Assembly: GCA_044222185.1 (NCBI GenBank)
Contig: JBGANV010000001.1
Span: forward strand, 512,001 to 576,000
DNA from: Planctomycetota bacterium
GTDB lineage: Bacteria > Planctomycetota > GCA-002687715 > CAIWVZ01
DNA length: 64,000 nt
Direction of reading: 5' to 3'
Shown: positions 48,081 to 57,930 of the stretch, piece by piece
Position numbering within the stretch: the stretch's first letter is position 1
Layout of the letters: every line of letters starts with the position of its first letter
Made by a program: the position numbers and the translations under genes
Notes under the pieces: model-generated
What the model saw: only the letters and a program-made list of their open reading frames with translations
What the model was told of the DNA's origin: nothing
Database searches by the model: none

Positions 48081-48257
48081 GGCCAGACTGTGGCGCCGGT
48101 CAGGCCATGCTGTCAAGAGGGGCGCGCGTGCCGCGACGTCGCGTAACCGGCACCGCAATGGGGTCGGCCTCGACGTTCACCGCTCACGGACCTGGAAACG
48201 AAGACAGGCGCCGACCCCTCGGGGGGACGGCGCCCGTCGGCGCGACGAATCGGATTC

Positions 48258-51140
48258 TCAGGCCGCTGCGGGCCGTGAGTTCGGGTTCGCGAGCGCCTCG
48301 CGGGCCGCGCGCTTGCGGGCCTCGCGGTCGTCGAGCCACGCCGCCACCGGGCACGCGATGAACATCGTCGAGTAGGTGCCGCAGATGACGCCGGCGAACA
48401 TGATGAACGCGAAGCCTTCGAGCGGGCTGTCGTGTCCCATGTTCACGAACAGGAGGACTCCGACGACCGTGAACACCGTCAGTGAGGTGAGGATCGTGCG
48501 CGAGAGCGTCTGACCCATGCTGATGTTCATGATCTCGCGGAACGTCCCCTTGGTGTGACCGAGGTTCTCACGGACTCGGTCGAAGATGACGATCGTGTCG
48601 TTGATCGAGAACCCGATGATCGTCAGGAACGCTGCGATCGACTGCAGGTTCAGCGGCACGTTCATGATCCCGGTCACGTGGAACAGGATGCCGAGGCCGA
48701 GCGGCACCATGACGTCGTGGATGAGTGCGACGACGCCCGCGATGCCGTACTTGACCTCTTTGAATCGGAACCACACGTACAAGATGATCGCGATCAGCGA
48801 GAACAGCACGGAGACGACCGCGCTCTCCTTCAGCTTGGCCACGATGTTCGGGCCGAGGAAGCTGACGTTCTCGAAGGGCACCTTGGAATCGAGCTTGCCC
48901 TGGAACGCCGTCCTGAGGTCCGCGATCGCCGACCCTGCGACGACGTCCTGCCGGCCGACTTCCACCGTGAAGTGCTTGGCCGAAGCGGTCCCCGTGACCT
49001 CGTCCGGCGCCGAGTCGACGGGAAGGATCACGGACCCGTTGAACGGCTTCGACTTCGCATCGTCGGCGTAGTTGTCGATCTTCTGCCGCGTCGTGACGAC
49101 ATCCTGGGGCGTCTTGAATTCGATCTCGACCTGCCATTCGCCGGGTCGGAGATCCGTGATGCTCGGCACCGTTCCGAAGTCGTCTGCGAAGAGCCGTTTC
49201 ATGTGCGATTCGGTGAACTGCTTCACGTCGTCGCGAGACACGGCCTCCTTCGAGCGCATCTTCAGGTCGAACTCGGTGGACGTCGTCGAGGTGGCGCCCG
49301 GCGCGTTCGTGCGGAGGATCACATCCGTCTCTTCGAACTTCTTGGTGCCGTCGGCCGCCTTCACACCGGCGATGGCCTTCTGCACCTCCTCCGTCGTCGT
49401 GGCCGACGCCAGACGGAGACGGGCGTTGGTACCGCCGGTGAAGTCGAGACCGTACTTCTTGTCGCCAGTCACGGCGAACATCACGACGGCGAGGATCACC
49501 AGCGCCGCGGATGCCACCTGCCAGGGCCGCGCCCGCTCGAGGAACGGATACACGACCGGCTTGATGACTTCGATGAAGTTCATCTTCTGGAACCAGCCGG
49601 CCTTCAAGCCCAGGCCGAACACGGCCTTCGTCACGGTGAGTGCCGTGAACATGGAGATCACGAGGCCCGCGAGGAGCGTGACGCCGAAGCCCTTGATCGG
49701 GCCCGACCCGAACTGGATCAGCAGCGCGGCGGAGATCGCCGTCGTCAAGTTCGAGTCGAAGATCGTGATGAAGGCGCGGTCGTACCCGGACTGGAGCGCG
49801 GCGATGACGGACTTGCCCTTCTGCGCCTCTTCGCGTGTACGCTCGAACACGAGGATGTTCGCGTCGACGGCCATGCCGATCGTGAGGATGATGCCGGCGA
49901 TGCCAGGGAGGCTGAGAGTCATGTCGAACATGACGACCGTGCCCAGGATCAGCACCAGGTTCAGGATCAGGGCGATGTCGGCGACGATCCCGTACGTGCG
50001 GTAGTACCAGATCATGAACAACACGGTCAGGCCGAAGCTCAGGAGCGTGGCGAGCACGCCGCTCTTGATCGCCGCCTCACCGAGCGCAGGGCCGATCTCT
50101 TCCTCGTGCGCGAGCCGTGGCTTCAGGCGGAGGCTTCCCGACTGCAAGCAGCTCACGAGCCAGTTCTGGTCCTCGACGGAGAAGCCCGCCGGGTTCGAGA
50201 TCTGCACGGAGTCGCGGAGCGCCTCGTTGATCGTCGGCATGCTCCACACCTCGTCGTTGAGGCACAGAGCCATCGGCTTGTTGACGTACGAGCCGGTGTA
50301 CTCGGCGAAGTCGTCCTGGACGTGCTTGTCGACGTCGAAGCTGACGGCACGGCGGCCGTAACGATCGGGGGTGCGGCGTGGATCGTTGATCTGCTTGCCG
50401 GTGAACCCTTCCTTCGTCCCGCCGAAGTAGCGCGGATCGCGATAGAGCCAGTGGCCACGGATCTTGTCGTGATCGGCCTGACGTCCCTCGAGCGACTTCT
50501 TCAGCTCGTCTCGTGCCGGGTCGTTGTCGGCCGGCCGGACCGGCATCCAGACGATCGGGAGGGTGCGGTTCTTCGGGCTGAGCGTGTCGATGAGCGTGTA
50601 GGGCTCGCCGTCGCGGTAGGTCTCACCGCGGAGGGTCTTGGCCTGCGTGTACGCTTCTTTCCGCTGGGCATCGGCGACCGTGCGATCCCAACGGAACTTC
50701 TCGAACGTGTCGGCCCGATCGCCCGGCACGTCGAACTCGTAACCGGCGCTGAAGTCGTCGATCCCGACGAGGAACTCCAGGTTGCCGAGCGCGAGCATCT
50801 GCTCCTTGATGGCTCCCAGTTCGGCGTCGCTCATCTTGGGCGCTTCGATGAGGATCTGGTTGTCGCCGACCTGGCGGATCGTGAGCTCACGGACGCCGAG
50901 GGTGTCGATGCGCTTCGAGATGGTCGCGATCGTGTCCTGCAGAGCCTTCGTGCGGTCTGCGGCGGCGATGCGCTCGAGGCTCGCGCGGCTGATCTCGTAC
51001 GTCATCGACCGTCCGCCTTGGAGGTCGATGCCGAGCTTCACGAACCGGCCCGTCTGAGCCTGGTTGCTGACGAACAGCCATCCTGTGAGCCCGAGGAGGG
51101 CAATGATCAGGATCCACTTAATGCCGAGATTCTCGGTCAC
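48258..51140 (-). CDS. secDF: Protein translocase subunit SecDF (fused)
   Basis: LGIDLQGG, GMAVDANILVFER, GLDFTGG, GFSINDTIVIFDRVRE; AGGAG RBS before GTG. Confidence 0.95.
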   Translation of the reverse strand: MTENLGIKWILIIALLGLTGWLFVSNQAQTGRFVKLGIDLQGGRSMTYEISRASLERIAAADRTKALQDTIATISKRIDTLGVRELTIRQVGDNQILIEAPKMSDAELGAIKEQMLALGNLEFLVGIDDFSAGYEFDVPGDRADTFEKFRWDRTVADAQRKEAYTQAKTLRGETYRDGEPYTLIDTLSPKNRTLPIVWMPVRPADNDPARDELKKSLEGRQADHDKIRGHWLYRDPRYFGGTKEGFTGKQINDPRRTPDRYGRRAVSFDVDKHVQDDFAEYTGSYVNKPMALCLNDEVWSMPTINEALRDSVQISNPAGFSVEDQNWLVSCLQSGSLRLKPRLAHEEEIGPALGEAAIKSGVLATLLSFGLTVLFMIWYYRTYGIVADIALILNLVLILGTVVMFDMTLSLPGIAGIILTIGMAVDANILVFERTREEAQKGKSVIAALQSGYDRAFITIFDSNLTTAISAALLIQFGSGPIKGFGVTLLAGLVISMFTALTVTKAVFGLGLKAGWFQKMNFIEVIKPVVYPFLERARPWQVASAALVILAVVMFAVTGDKKYGLDFTGGTNARLRLASATTTEEVQKAIAGVKAADGTKKFEETDVILRTNAPGATSTTSTEFDLKMRSKEAVSRDDVKQFTESHMKRLFADDFGTVPSITDLRPGEWQVEIEFKTPQDVVTTRQKIDNYADDAKSKPFNGSVILPVDSAPDEVTGTASAKHFTVEVGRQDVVAGSAIADLRTAFQGKLDSKVPFENVSFLGPNIVAKLKESAVVSVLFSLIAIILYVWFRFKEVKYGIAGVVALIHDVMVPLGLGILFHVTGIMNVPLNLQSIAAFLTIIGFSINDTIVIFDRVRENLGHTKGTFREIMNISMGQTLSRTILTSLTVFTVVGVLLFVNMGHDSPLEGFAFIMFAGVICGTYSTMFIACPVAAWLDDREARKRAAREALANPNSRPAAA

Positions 51141-51164
51141 CGAACTGCTCCTTCACGCAGAGCG

Positions 51165-51186
51165 CCGGCGCGGGATTCCGCGCCGG
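51165..51186. other. Perfect 9-bp hairpin between rplS and secDF
   Basis: CCGGCGCGG-GATT-CCGCGCCGG with no U-tract; may be a processing/stability element or a weak terminator. Confidence 0.4.
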
Positions 51187-51193
51187 TCTCGCC

Positions 51194-51595
51194 TCACTTC
51201 TGGGTCGATCCTTGGGATGCGGCCGGTGCCGCCGTCCCGCCGGCTTCCCGGACGATTCGCTCCGTGAGGCGCGTCGCCTTGCCGGTGCGCTTTCGGAGGT
51301 AATTGAGCTTGGCGCGGCGGACCTTGCCTTTGCGCTTCACCTCGAGGCCCGCGATCTTCGGCGAGTTCACGGGGAACGTCCGCTCGACGCCCTCGTCCTG
51401 AACGATTCGGCGGACGGTGAACATCTCGTTCGAGCCGTTCCCCCGCTTCGCGATGACGGTGCCGTTGAAGGTCTGGACGCGCTCCTTGTCGCCTTCGCGA
51501 ATCGACACCATCACGTCGACGGTGTCGCCGATGTCGAATCGGGGGAGCGCCTGCTTCCTGAGGAAGCTCTTTTCGTAGTCGAGGTACCTTTCCAT
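51194..51595 (-). CDS. rplS: 50S ribosomal protein L19
   Basis: FDIGDTV, EGDKERVQTFNG, FTVRR..GVERTFP, GKVRRAKLNYLR. Confidence 0.97.
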   Translation of the reverse strand: MERYLDYEKSFLRKQALPRFDIGDTVDVMVSIREGDKERVQTFNGTVIAKRGNGSNEMFTVRRIVQDEGVERTFPVNSPKIAGLEVKRKGKVRRAKLNYLRKRTGKATRLTERIVREAGGTAAPAASQGSTQK

Positions 51596-51647
51596 GGCTC
51601 TTTCTCGTGTTCGGGCACCGCGTGCCCTGGATCGGGGTCTGTCGTGG

Positions 51648-52352
51648 TCAGCCTGGCTTCCGGCCCGAGTGGTCGGGCGTGAGAAGGTCAGGACGTTTTT
51701 CCTTCGTGAGGCGCAGCGCTTCCTGGCGGCGCCAGGCCGCAATGCGTGCATGGTCACCGGAGCGCAAGACCTCCGGAACCTGCATGCCGCGGAACTCGGC
51801 GGGGCGGGTGAATTGCGGGTAGTCGAGGAGTCCTCCCTCGAACGATTCGAGTTCGGGAGACAGGTCGTGTCCCAGGACGCCTGGGAGCAGCCGCGTCACG
51901 GCGTCCAGGACGACCATCGCTGGAATCTCGCCGCCGGATAGGACGTAGTCGCCCACCGAGATCTCCTCGAAGGGCAGCCCCTGGCGGATGCGATCGTCGA
52001 ACCCCTCGTACCGCCCGCACAGGATCAGGAGGTGCGACTCTCGAGCGAGTTCGCGCGCCTTCGCCTGATCGAACGTGGCACCGCCCGGGGTCATGATCAG
52101 CATGCGTGGGCGGCTGGCGGAGGACGTGAGCAGATCGTCGATGCACTCGAAGATCGGTTCCGGCTTGAGGACCATGCCGGGTCCACCGCCGAACGGCTTG
52201 TCGTCCACGCTCTTGTGCGCGTCGCGCGCGAAGTCCCGGAAGTTGCGCAACGTGACGTCGAGGAGACCCTTCTCCCGCGCAATTCGGACCGTCCCCTCGG
52301 TCAGAAGACCGTTGAACATGCCCGGGAATAGGGTCAGGACGTCCACGCGCAT
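51648..52352 (-). CDS. trmD: tRNA (guanine37-N1)-methyltransferase
   Basis: LTLFP, VDDKPFGGGPGM, CGRYEG, SVGDYVLSGGE, LLDYPQFTRP. Confidence 0.97.
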   Translation of the reverse strand: MRVDVLTLFPGMFNGLLTEGTVRIAREKGLLDVTLRNFRDFARDAHKSVDDKPFGGGPGMVLKPEPIFECIDDLLTSSASRPRMLIMTPGGATFDQAKARELARESHLLILCGRYEGFDDRIRQGLPFEEISVGDYVLSGGEIPAMVVLDAVTRLLPGVLGHDLSPELESFEGGLLDYPQFTRPAEFRGMQVPEVLRSGDHARIAAWRRQEALRLTKEKRPDLLTPDHSGRKPG

Positions 52353-52555
52353 CCGGCGGCTCGCGTTCTCGTGACTGAATCGGAGTCCGACGGTCGCCAG
52401 GCGCCCGGGCGATCACGTGCTCTCACGATTCGACGAAGTGGGCGAAGATGTTACGTGCGAGCGCACCCCCATCAAGGAAATCCGCGGGCTTCAGGCGATC
52501 GGCGAACCACACCGTGGCGGGTCGGCAAGTCCTTTGGGCAACGCCGGTTGGTTTG

Positions 52556-52584
52556 TTGAGCGGCGTTCGGGCCGCCCGTAGCAT
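52556..52584 (+). promoter_or_regulatory. Sigma70-type promoter for riboflavin synthase (near-leaderless)
   Basis: TTGAGC-N17-TAGCAT ending 8 nt before ATG 52593. Confidence 0.55.
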
Positions 52585-52592
52585 CGCGGCCC

Positions 52593-53189
52593 ATGTTCAC
52601 GGGCATCGTCGAGGGGCTCCGGACGGTCGTCGGCGTCGACGCGGGGCCGGGTTGGACCAAGATCCGCGTCGATCTGGGCGAATCCGCCGCCGGCGTCCGC
52701 CTGGGGGACTCCGTTGCCATCGACGGGTGCTGCTTGACGGTCGAAGGCCTCGTGGGCACCGTCGCGGGGTTCCACCTCCTCGGGGAAACCGTCCAGCGGA
52801 CGACCTTCGGAGCCCTCCGTTCCGGGTCCCTGGTGAACGTGGAGCGCAGCCTGAAGGTGGGGGACCAGCTCGGCGGGCATTTCGTTTCGGGTCACGTGGA
52901 CGGCACGGCCCCCGTCGTCTCGAAGGTCGAGGCTCCTGACCAGACGGTGCTGGCGGTGGACCTGCCGGCCGACCTCGCCGACCTGGTCGTGATGAAGGGA
53001 TCCATCACGTTCGACGGGGTTTCTCTCACGGTCATGGGGCTGGACGGGGCGCGGGTGAGCGTCGCGCTGATTCCGCACACCCTCGCGATCACCACGCTGG
53101 GGTCGAAGGGCGTGGGCGCTCGGGTGAACGTCGAGGTGGACATGATCGGGAAATGGGTCCGCCAGTTCGTGCCCCGAAGCACCCCCTGA
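52593..53189 (+). CDS. ribE: Riboflavin synthase (alpha chain)
   Basis: MFTGIVE, GDSVAIDGCCLTV, VNVER, GGHFVSGHVD, KGSITFDGVSLTV. Confidence 0.95.
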   Translation: MFTGIVEGLRTVVGVDAGPGWTKIRVDLGESAAGVRLGDSVAIDGCCLTVEGLVGTVAGFHLLGETVQRTTFGALRSGSLVNVERSLKVGDQLGGHFVSGHVDGTAPVVSKVEAPDQTVLAVDLPADLADLVVMKGSITFDGVSLTVMGLDGARVSVALIPHTLAITTLGSKGVGARVNVEVDMIGKWVRQFVPRSTP

Positions 53190-53201
53190 CCCTCGGAGCT
53201 C

Positions 53202-53642
53202 CTACTTGGGCTCGTGGTAGAGCAGCGTCACCGGGCCGTCGTTTTGCGACTCGACGATCATGTGGGCGCCGAAGACGCCGGTCGCCACGGGCCCGGCGAG
53301 CGCCGACGCCTTCGCGACGAATCGTTCGTAGAGCTGTTTCGCCTGCACCGGCTCCAGTGCGCCGATGAACGCCGGGCGGCGCTGGCTGGTGTCGCCCAGC
53401 AGCGTGAACTGGGACACGACGAGCATGCGGCCGTCGACCTCTGCCAGCGACCGGTTCATTCGACCGTTCTCGTCGGCGAAGATGCGCGCCTGCGCGATGC
53501 GCAAAGCCAGCGCCTCGGCGATCGCGACGTCGTCGCCGGGCGCGGCACCGAGAAAGACGAGCAGCCCGCGTCCGATCTCACCGACGATCGCGCCGTCGAC
53601 GGTGACGCTGGCACGTAGTACGCGCTGCACGACGGCCTTCAT
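53202..53642 (-). CDS. dtd: D-aminoacyl-tRNA deacylase
   Basis: MKAVVQRV, VSQFTL, TGVFGAHM, NDGPVT; start overlaps the upstream stop (ATGA). Confidence 0.95.
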   Translation of the reverse strand: MKAVVQRVLRASVTVDGAIVGEIGRGLLVFLGAAPGDDVAIAEALALRIAQARIFADENGRMNRSLAEVDGRMLVVSQFTLLGDTSQRRPAFIGALEPVQAKQLYERFVAKASALAGPVATGVFGAHMIVESQNDGPVTLLYHEPK

Positions 53643-54613
53643 TTCACCGGTCGCTCCAATTGATCGAGCCACAGCTTGACGCGATCGGTCTCGTCGCCGC
53701 CGAGGGCGAGGTAGCGCTTGAACGCTTCGATCGCGGACGCAGGGTCGTGGAGCTTGTCCGCGTAGAGGACGCCGAGATTGAAATGGACGTCCGGGTCGGT
53801 GGGTGCGAGTTCACGGGCGCGAAGCAGGAGTTTCTCCGCTTCGCTGGGATCGTCGGTCCGCATGCATGCGACGGCGTAGGCGACGAGCGTGGGAACGTCG
53901 GTTGGCTCGAGTCGCGACGCGGCGCGCAGATTCAGCCGTGCGTCGTTGGCGCCCGTGGGGCGATCGAGCAGGAGACGGCCCAGGTTGTAGCGGATCACGG
54001 GATCGGCCGGCGCCTGTGTCGCCGCCTTCGACAATGCGGTGATGGCGCCGTTCACGTCCTTCTGGGCGACGCGGCAGCGGGCGAGTCCGCGGAGCGCGCG
54101 TACGTTCCGGGCGTCGCGCTCGAGTGCCCTGGCGTAGGCTCGTTCGGCGCCGGCGAAACTCCCGCGGTCCTCCTGCAGCCGTGCGCTTGCCGACAGCGGC
54201 CAGGGACTCCGTCCGCCGGTCTCCTCGTCCAGCTTCGCGAGTTCGCGGTCCCGTGTCGCGGGGTCCACGGTCGCCTCGATGCGGAGCGTGCGCAGCGCGA
54301 TCACTCGGGCTGGATCACGTTCTGTCGTCGCTGCGGCGTCGATCTCGAACACGAGATCGGATTCCTTGCCTGCATCCGCGAGCGTCGCGGCCTGTTCGAG
54401 ACAGTCCAGGCGGACGCTCGGGTCTTTCGCCGCTGCGAGGAATGCCGTGAATGCGGCCGCTCGATCCCCACGCGCCAACACGGCATGTGCCGCGAGGTAG
54501 CCTGGGTTGCCTTCGGCTTCCGCAGGCGGTGCGTCTTCAGCGCCCGCTGGTCCCGCGCATCCCGTTGGGAGAACTGACAGGGCGGCGAGAAGGAATGCCC
54601 ACAGCCTCGTCAT
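53639..54613 (-). CDS. TPR-repeat lipoprotein
   Basis: Lipobox LPTGC; TPR units e.g. YNLGRLL and HFNLGVLY..AIEAFKRYL. Confidence 0.82.
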   Translation of the reverse strand: MTRLWAFLLAALSVLPTGCAGPAGAEDAPPAEAEGNPGYLAAHAVLARGDRAAAFTAFLAAAKDPSVRLDCLEQAATLADAGKESDLVFEIDAAATTERDPARVIALRTLRIEATVDPATRDRELAKLDEETGGRSPWPLSASARLQEDRGSFAGAERAYARALERDARNVRALRGLARCRVAQKDVNGAITALSKAATQAPADPVIRYNLGRLLLDRPTGANDARLNLRAASRLEPTDVPTLVAYAVACMRTDDPSEAEKLLLRARELAPTDPDVHFNLGVLYADKLHDPASAIEAFKRYLALGGDETDRVKLWLDQLERPVK

Positions 54614-55247
54614 CGAACGAGATGCTGGCGTTGTCGATCTTGCAGGCACCCGCCCGCGTGAGACTCGGTGAGCCGTTGTTGGAGTGCGCATCGATGTAGC
54701 TCACGTTGCCACGAGCCGTGACCTTGATGAAGGGCGTCACGTTCAGCCCGGAGCGCCAGAACACGATCTTGTCACGGGCGCGGATGTCCAGGTTGCGGAA
54801 CCACGCGCGTGGTCCTCCCACGGCCTCGGTGACCGTGCCACCGTTGTCCGGCCGCTGCGGGGCGACGCCGTCGCCGCTGAGGCTGACGTCCCACTCGTAA
54901 TTCTTGCTGACTTCGATCCGGACCTCGTCGGCCAGGAGAACGGCGGGTCGGTCGATCACGGCCTCGATCGCGCGGACCTCGGCCGGGACCTCCGAGTCGT
55001 CCGGCTTCATCGCCGACGGCCTGGGGCGCTCGGTCGTCGAGTCGGGCTGGGAGGCTTGGGCTGGTTGCGACGGAGTGGCCTCCGTCTCGCGAACCTGTTC
55101 GCGGACGTTTGCGGGCGCGTCCGTCACCATGTTGTCGCTTTGCGGCCGGGGGTCCTGGGTCCGCTGGGTGCGGCTCCCTGAACCGGCACATCCGGTCACG
55201 ATGATTCCGAGGACTACGGCCGACAGCAGGCGCATGGCGTTTCGCAT
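54537..55247 (-). CDS. Hypothetical lipoprotein
   Basis: Lipobox IVTGC; Pro-rich linker then beta-rich domain; 3' end overlaps the TPR gene by 77 nt. Confidence 0.7.
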   Translation of the reverse strand: MRNAMRLLSAVVLGIIVTGCAGSGSRTQRTQDPRPQSDNMVTDAPANVREQVRETEATPSQPAQASQPDSTTERPRPSAMKPDDSEVPAEVRAIEAVIDRPAVLLADEVRIEVSKNYEWDVSLSGDGVAPQRPDNGGTVTEAVGGPRAWFRNLDIRARDKIVFWRSGLNVTPFIKVTARGNVSYIDAHSNNGSPSLTRAGACKIDNASISFDDEAVGIPSRRPVSSPNGMRGTSGR

Positions 55248-55324
55248 GGATTCCCCCGGCGGTGGATCGGTGCAAAGAGACCGCCGCCTGCAGCATCATC
55301 GGCCGGGAAAACCGGTGACTTGAG

Positions 55325-55855
55325 TCACTTTCCGTCGACTTGGAATCGCGGGTCGAGAGCAGGGTCGAACATGGCACAGAGGGCGAGGGCGAGCGCGTCG
55401 GCGGCGTCGTGGGGCGTGGGAAGCGCATCGAGCCGGAGCTCCCGGGCCACGGCGTCCTGTACCTGGTGTTTCTCCGCGCCGCCGAACCCGGTGACCGACT
55501 TCTTCACGAGGCGCGTGGGGTACTCGATCACGGGAACACCCTTGTCGGCGGCGGCGACGAGCACCACGGCGCGGGCCTCGCCGATTCGCAGGGTGGATTG
55601 GGGGTTCTTGTGGAAGAACGTCTGTTCCAGGGCGACGAGGTCCGGCCCGTGGTGCGCGATCAGCGCGCGGACCTGCTGGAAGAGGTAGTGGAGCTTCTCC
55701 GCCGTCGTTCCGTCCCGCGGCGGCTGAAATGCCCCGTGGTCGACCCGGCGGAACTGCCCGCGCACGCGGCCGACGACTCCGAATCCCATGGATCGGGTTC
55801 CGGGATCGATGCCGACGATCACGAGCGGTTCGCGGCGCGACAGGCCTTCGAGCAT
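55325..55855 (-). CDS. ruvC: Crossover junction endodeoxyribonuclease RuvC
   Basis: VGIDPG, ALEQTF, VKKSVTGFGGAEKHQV, DAADALALALC. Confidence 0.95.
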   Translation of the reverse strand: MLEGLSRREPLVIVGIDPGTRSMGFGVVGRVRGQFRRVDHGAFQPPRDGTTAEKLHYLFQQVRALIAHHGPDLVALEQTFFHKNPQSTLRIGEARAVVLVAAADKGVPVIEYPTRLVKKSVTGFGGAEKHQVQDAVARELRLDALPTPHDAADALALALCAMFDPALDPRFQVDGK

Positions 55856-55896
55856 GGGCTCGAAGGTATCACGCCGCGCCCCGCGAGGGCCGGGCG

Positions 55897-57738
55897 TCAG
55901 GGCGACGGATTCACCACGAGGAGGTAATCGCCGGACGACCAGGAGAACCAGGCGAGAACCCGGATTCGGAAGGTCCCCGTGAACGGCGCCGTGAAGGCGG
56001 ACGTCGGCGACGTGCCGCCGACCATCGCGTTCAGTCCCGGGCCGCCGTTCTGGTCGGCCGCGAGGTAGGGGCCGAGAGTGCCTGCCTGGACGATCCGGAT
56101 CTCCGGGTCGAGGGGCGACGGCGCCAGGAAGAACGACGTGGTGATCCGGCCCGTGAACGGATCCAGCGCGTACACCTCGACGGTGATCGACTGTCCCGCG
56201 ACCAGGTCGATGTCGACGTCGTCGGTGTCGAGGCCGTTCGCGAGCGACCCGCGCATGGCGAGCCCGGTCGACACGCTGGGGATCGTCCCTTCGGTCTCGA
56301 CCATGTCGAGGAAGCCGTGGACGCAGAGGAATGTGTCCACCAGATCACCGCCGTACGCCGTCGTGCCCAGCGGCGCGACTACGTTCAACGGCCCCGACCG
56401 GGCGTTGAGCGGCACGGTGAACTCGATGCGTCCCTGCGTGACGAGGGACGGCGCGATCGAGAGCCCGTTCAGCAGGACCTCGTGGGTCTGCGCCTGCGCA
56501 GGGTCGAAGCCGGAGCCGTAGATCGTGACGACGTCGCCTGGGCGCGCTTCGTTCGGGAAGATCGACTGCACGGTCACGGGCGTCTGCGTCGACGGCCGCG
56601 TGCCGACGACCAGCAGGTAGGGACCGCTCGATGCACTGGAGAACGTGTCCACCTGCACGATCAGGTCTTCGGAGGTGTCGGCGACGAAATGCACGGTCGA
56701 TCCGACGGTGCCAATCCCGGCCGCGAGTTGCGGGCCCGAGTCGTCGTCGCTGAGAATCGTGACCGGGAGCGAGGGGAACCTCCGGATCCGCACGAGCGGA
56801 TCGATGAAGTTCGTCTGCGAGTTCTGGTAAGTCGTGACCCGGAACACCGTGCCGTCCCACGGGTACAACTCGGCGTAGACCTCGTCGCCCGGCTCGACGT
56901 GAAGAGTGAAGTCCCGTGGTACGCCCACACCGACGGTCCCGATGATGCTCGTCGGGCCCGTGATGACCGCGGGTGCGGTCTGATCGGTGACGATGAGCGC
57001 TGGCGCAGCCACGATCCAGGTCGTGAGGGAATCCACGGACGTCGGGGTGATGCCGTGAGCGGTCTCAACGGTGATCACGCCGGATTGCGCTTGCAGCGGG
57101 AGCGTGCAGACGATCTCCGTTTCTGTCGCCGCGACGACCGTGCAAAGGACGTCGTTGACGCGGACGACCGTGCCGCCCGGTGTCGTCGAGAAGTTGCTTC
57201 CATACACCGTGAACTGCCCGCCTGGAGCGAGGAAGTTCGGGTCGACGAGCGTCACGGTCGGGGGCGGGACCGCGTATTCGAGCGTCACCGCGTTCGTGAG
57301 GCTCAGTCCATAGGGGTTCGATGGATCCGCGATCAACCCTTGCATCGGGTAGTGATCCGCCAGGCCCTGCTGGTTCACGCCGAACGGAACCACGATGATC
57401 GTGAACGGCGAACCCGTCGAGGGGATCGACGACGACGCATAGAACGGGTGAGTCGCGTCGAACCCGTCGAGGAACAGGAACGCGTCCTGGTGGCGCGGGT
57501 CGGCCAGCAAAGTACCGTACTGCGTCACCTCGAAGGTCGATGCCTCGGACACGAGGACCGCGAACGGAGCGTTCGCCGTTCCGTTGACGTGGAACACCGT
57601 CGCTTCACCACCGGTGAACACACGAGGTGAGGTCTGTTGTCCGCTGAAATCGATCGACCCTTGCGCCACGACAGCAGGCGCGATGAGCACAACGCAGATG
57701 AACAGTGCAGTGACGAATGGCCTGAAGGACTCGCGCAT
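55897..57738 (-). CDS. Secreted surface protein with two IPT/TIG and two PPC-like domains
   Basis: Signal peptide; IPT units PTVTLVDP..FTVYGSNF and FPNEARPGDVVTIYGSGF; PPC-like DPLVRI..SDDDSG and DPEIRI..ADQNGG. Confidence 0.8.
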   Translation of the reverse strand: MRESFRPFVTALFICVVLIAPAVVAQGSIDFSGQQTSPRVFTGGEATVFHVNGTANAPFAVLVSEASTFEVTQYGTLLADPRHQDAFLFLDGFDATHPFYASSSIPSTGSPFTIIVVPFGVNQQGLADHYPMQGLIADPSNPYGLSLTNAVTLEYAVPPPTVTLVDPNFLAPGGQFTVYGSNFSTTPGGTVVRVNDVLCTVVAATETEIVCTLPLQAQSGVITVETAHGITPTSVDSLTTWIVAAPALIVTDQTAPAVITGPTSIIGTVGVGVPRDFTLHVEPGDEVYAELYPWDGTVFRVTTYQNSQTNFIDPLVRIRRFPSLPVTILSDDDSGPQLAAGIGTVGSTVHFVADTSEDLIVQVDTFSSASSGPYLLVVGTRPSTQTPVTVQSIFPNEARPGDVVTIYGSGFDPAQAQTHEVLLNGLSIAPSLVTQGRIEFTVPLNARSGPLNVVAPLGTTAYGGDLVDTFLCVHGFLDMVETEGTIPSVSTGLAMRGSLANGLDTDDVDIDLVAGQSITVEVYALDPFTGRITTSFFLAPSPLDPEIRIVQAGTLGPYLAADQNGGPGLNAMVGGTSPTSAFTAPFTGTFRIRVLAWFSWSSGDYLLVVNPSP

Positions 57739-57930
57739 GGAGGACCTCCTCTCCGCAGCCCGAAACAGAAGAATCGGTGGCCCCTCGACGCCAGACGAGG
57801 GCCACCGCTTACAGGAAAACTCTTCGGGTTTCTTCCTCCGTGGCGATAAGCCCATCCTTTCGAGAAAAGAGACGCGTTCTTCGCGGCTCGAAGCCACGCT
57901 CAGTTGCATGTTCAGTGCGCGGGGTGTGTT

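Noticed and set aside
52353-52592. Possible FMN riboswitch upstream of riboflavin synthase
   Set aside because: No FMN aptamer motifs are seen, and the likely promoter leaves almost no leader.
53202-53642. Functional link between dtd and the nearby tRNA-Gly genes
   Set aside because: The genes are 6-7 kb apart in different transcription units, so the proximity is likely incidental.
55325-55855. RuvC-fold nuclease as a possible Cas/TnpB effector
   Set aside because: Length and motifs match the housekeeping Holliday junction resolvase, and no arrays or transposon ends are nearby.
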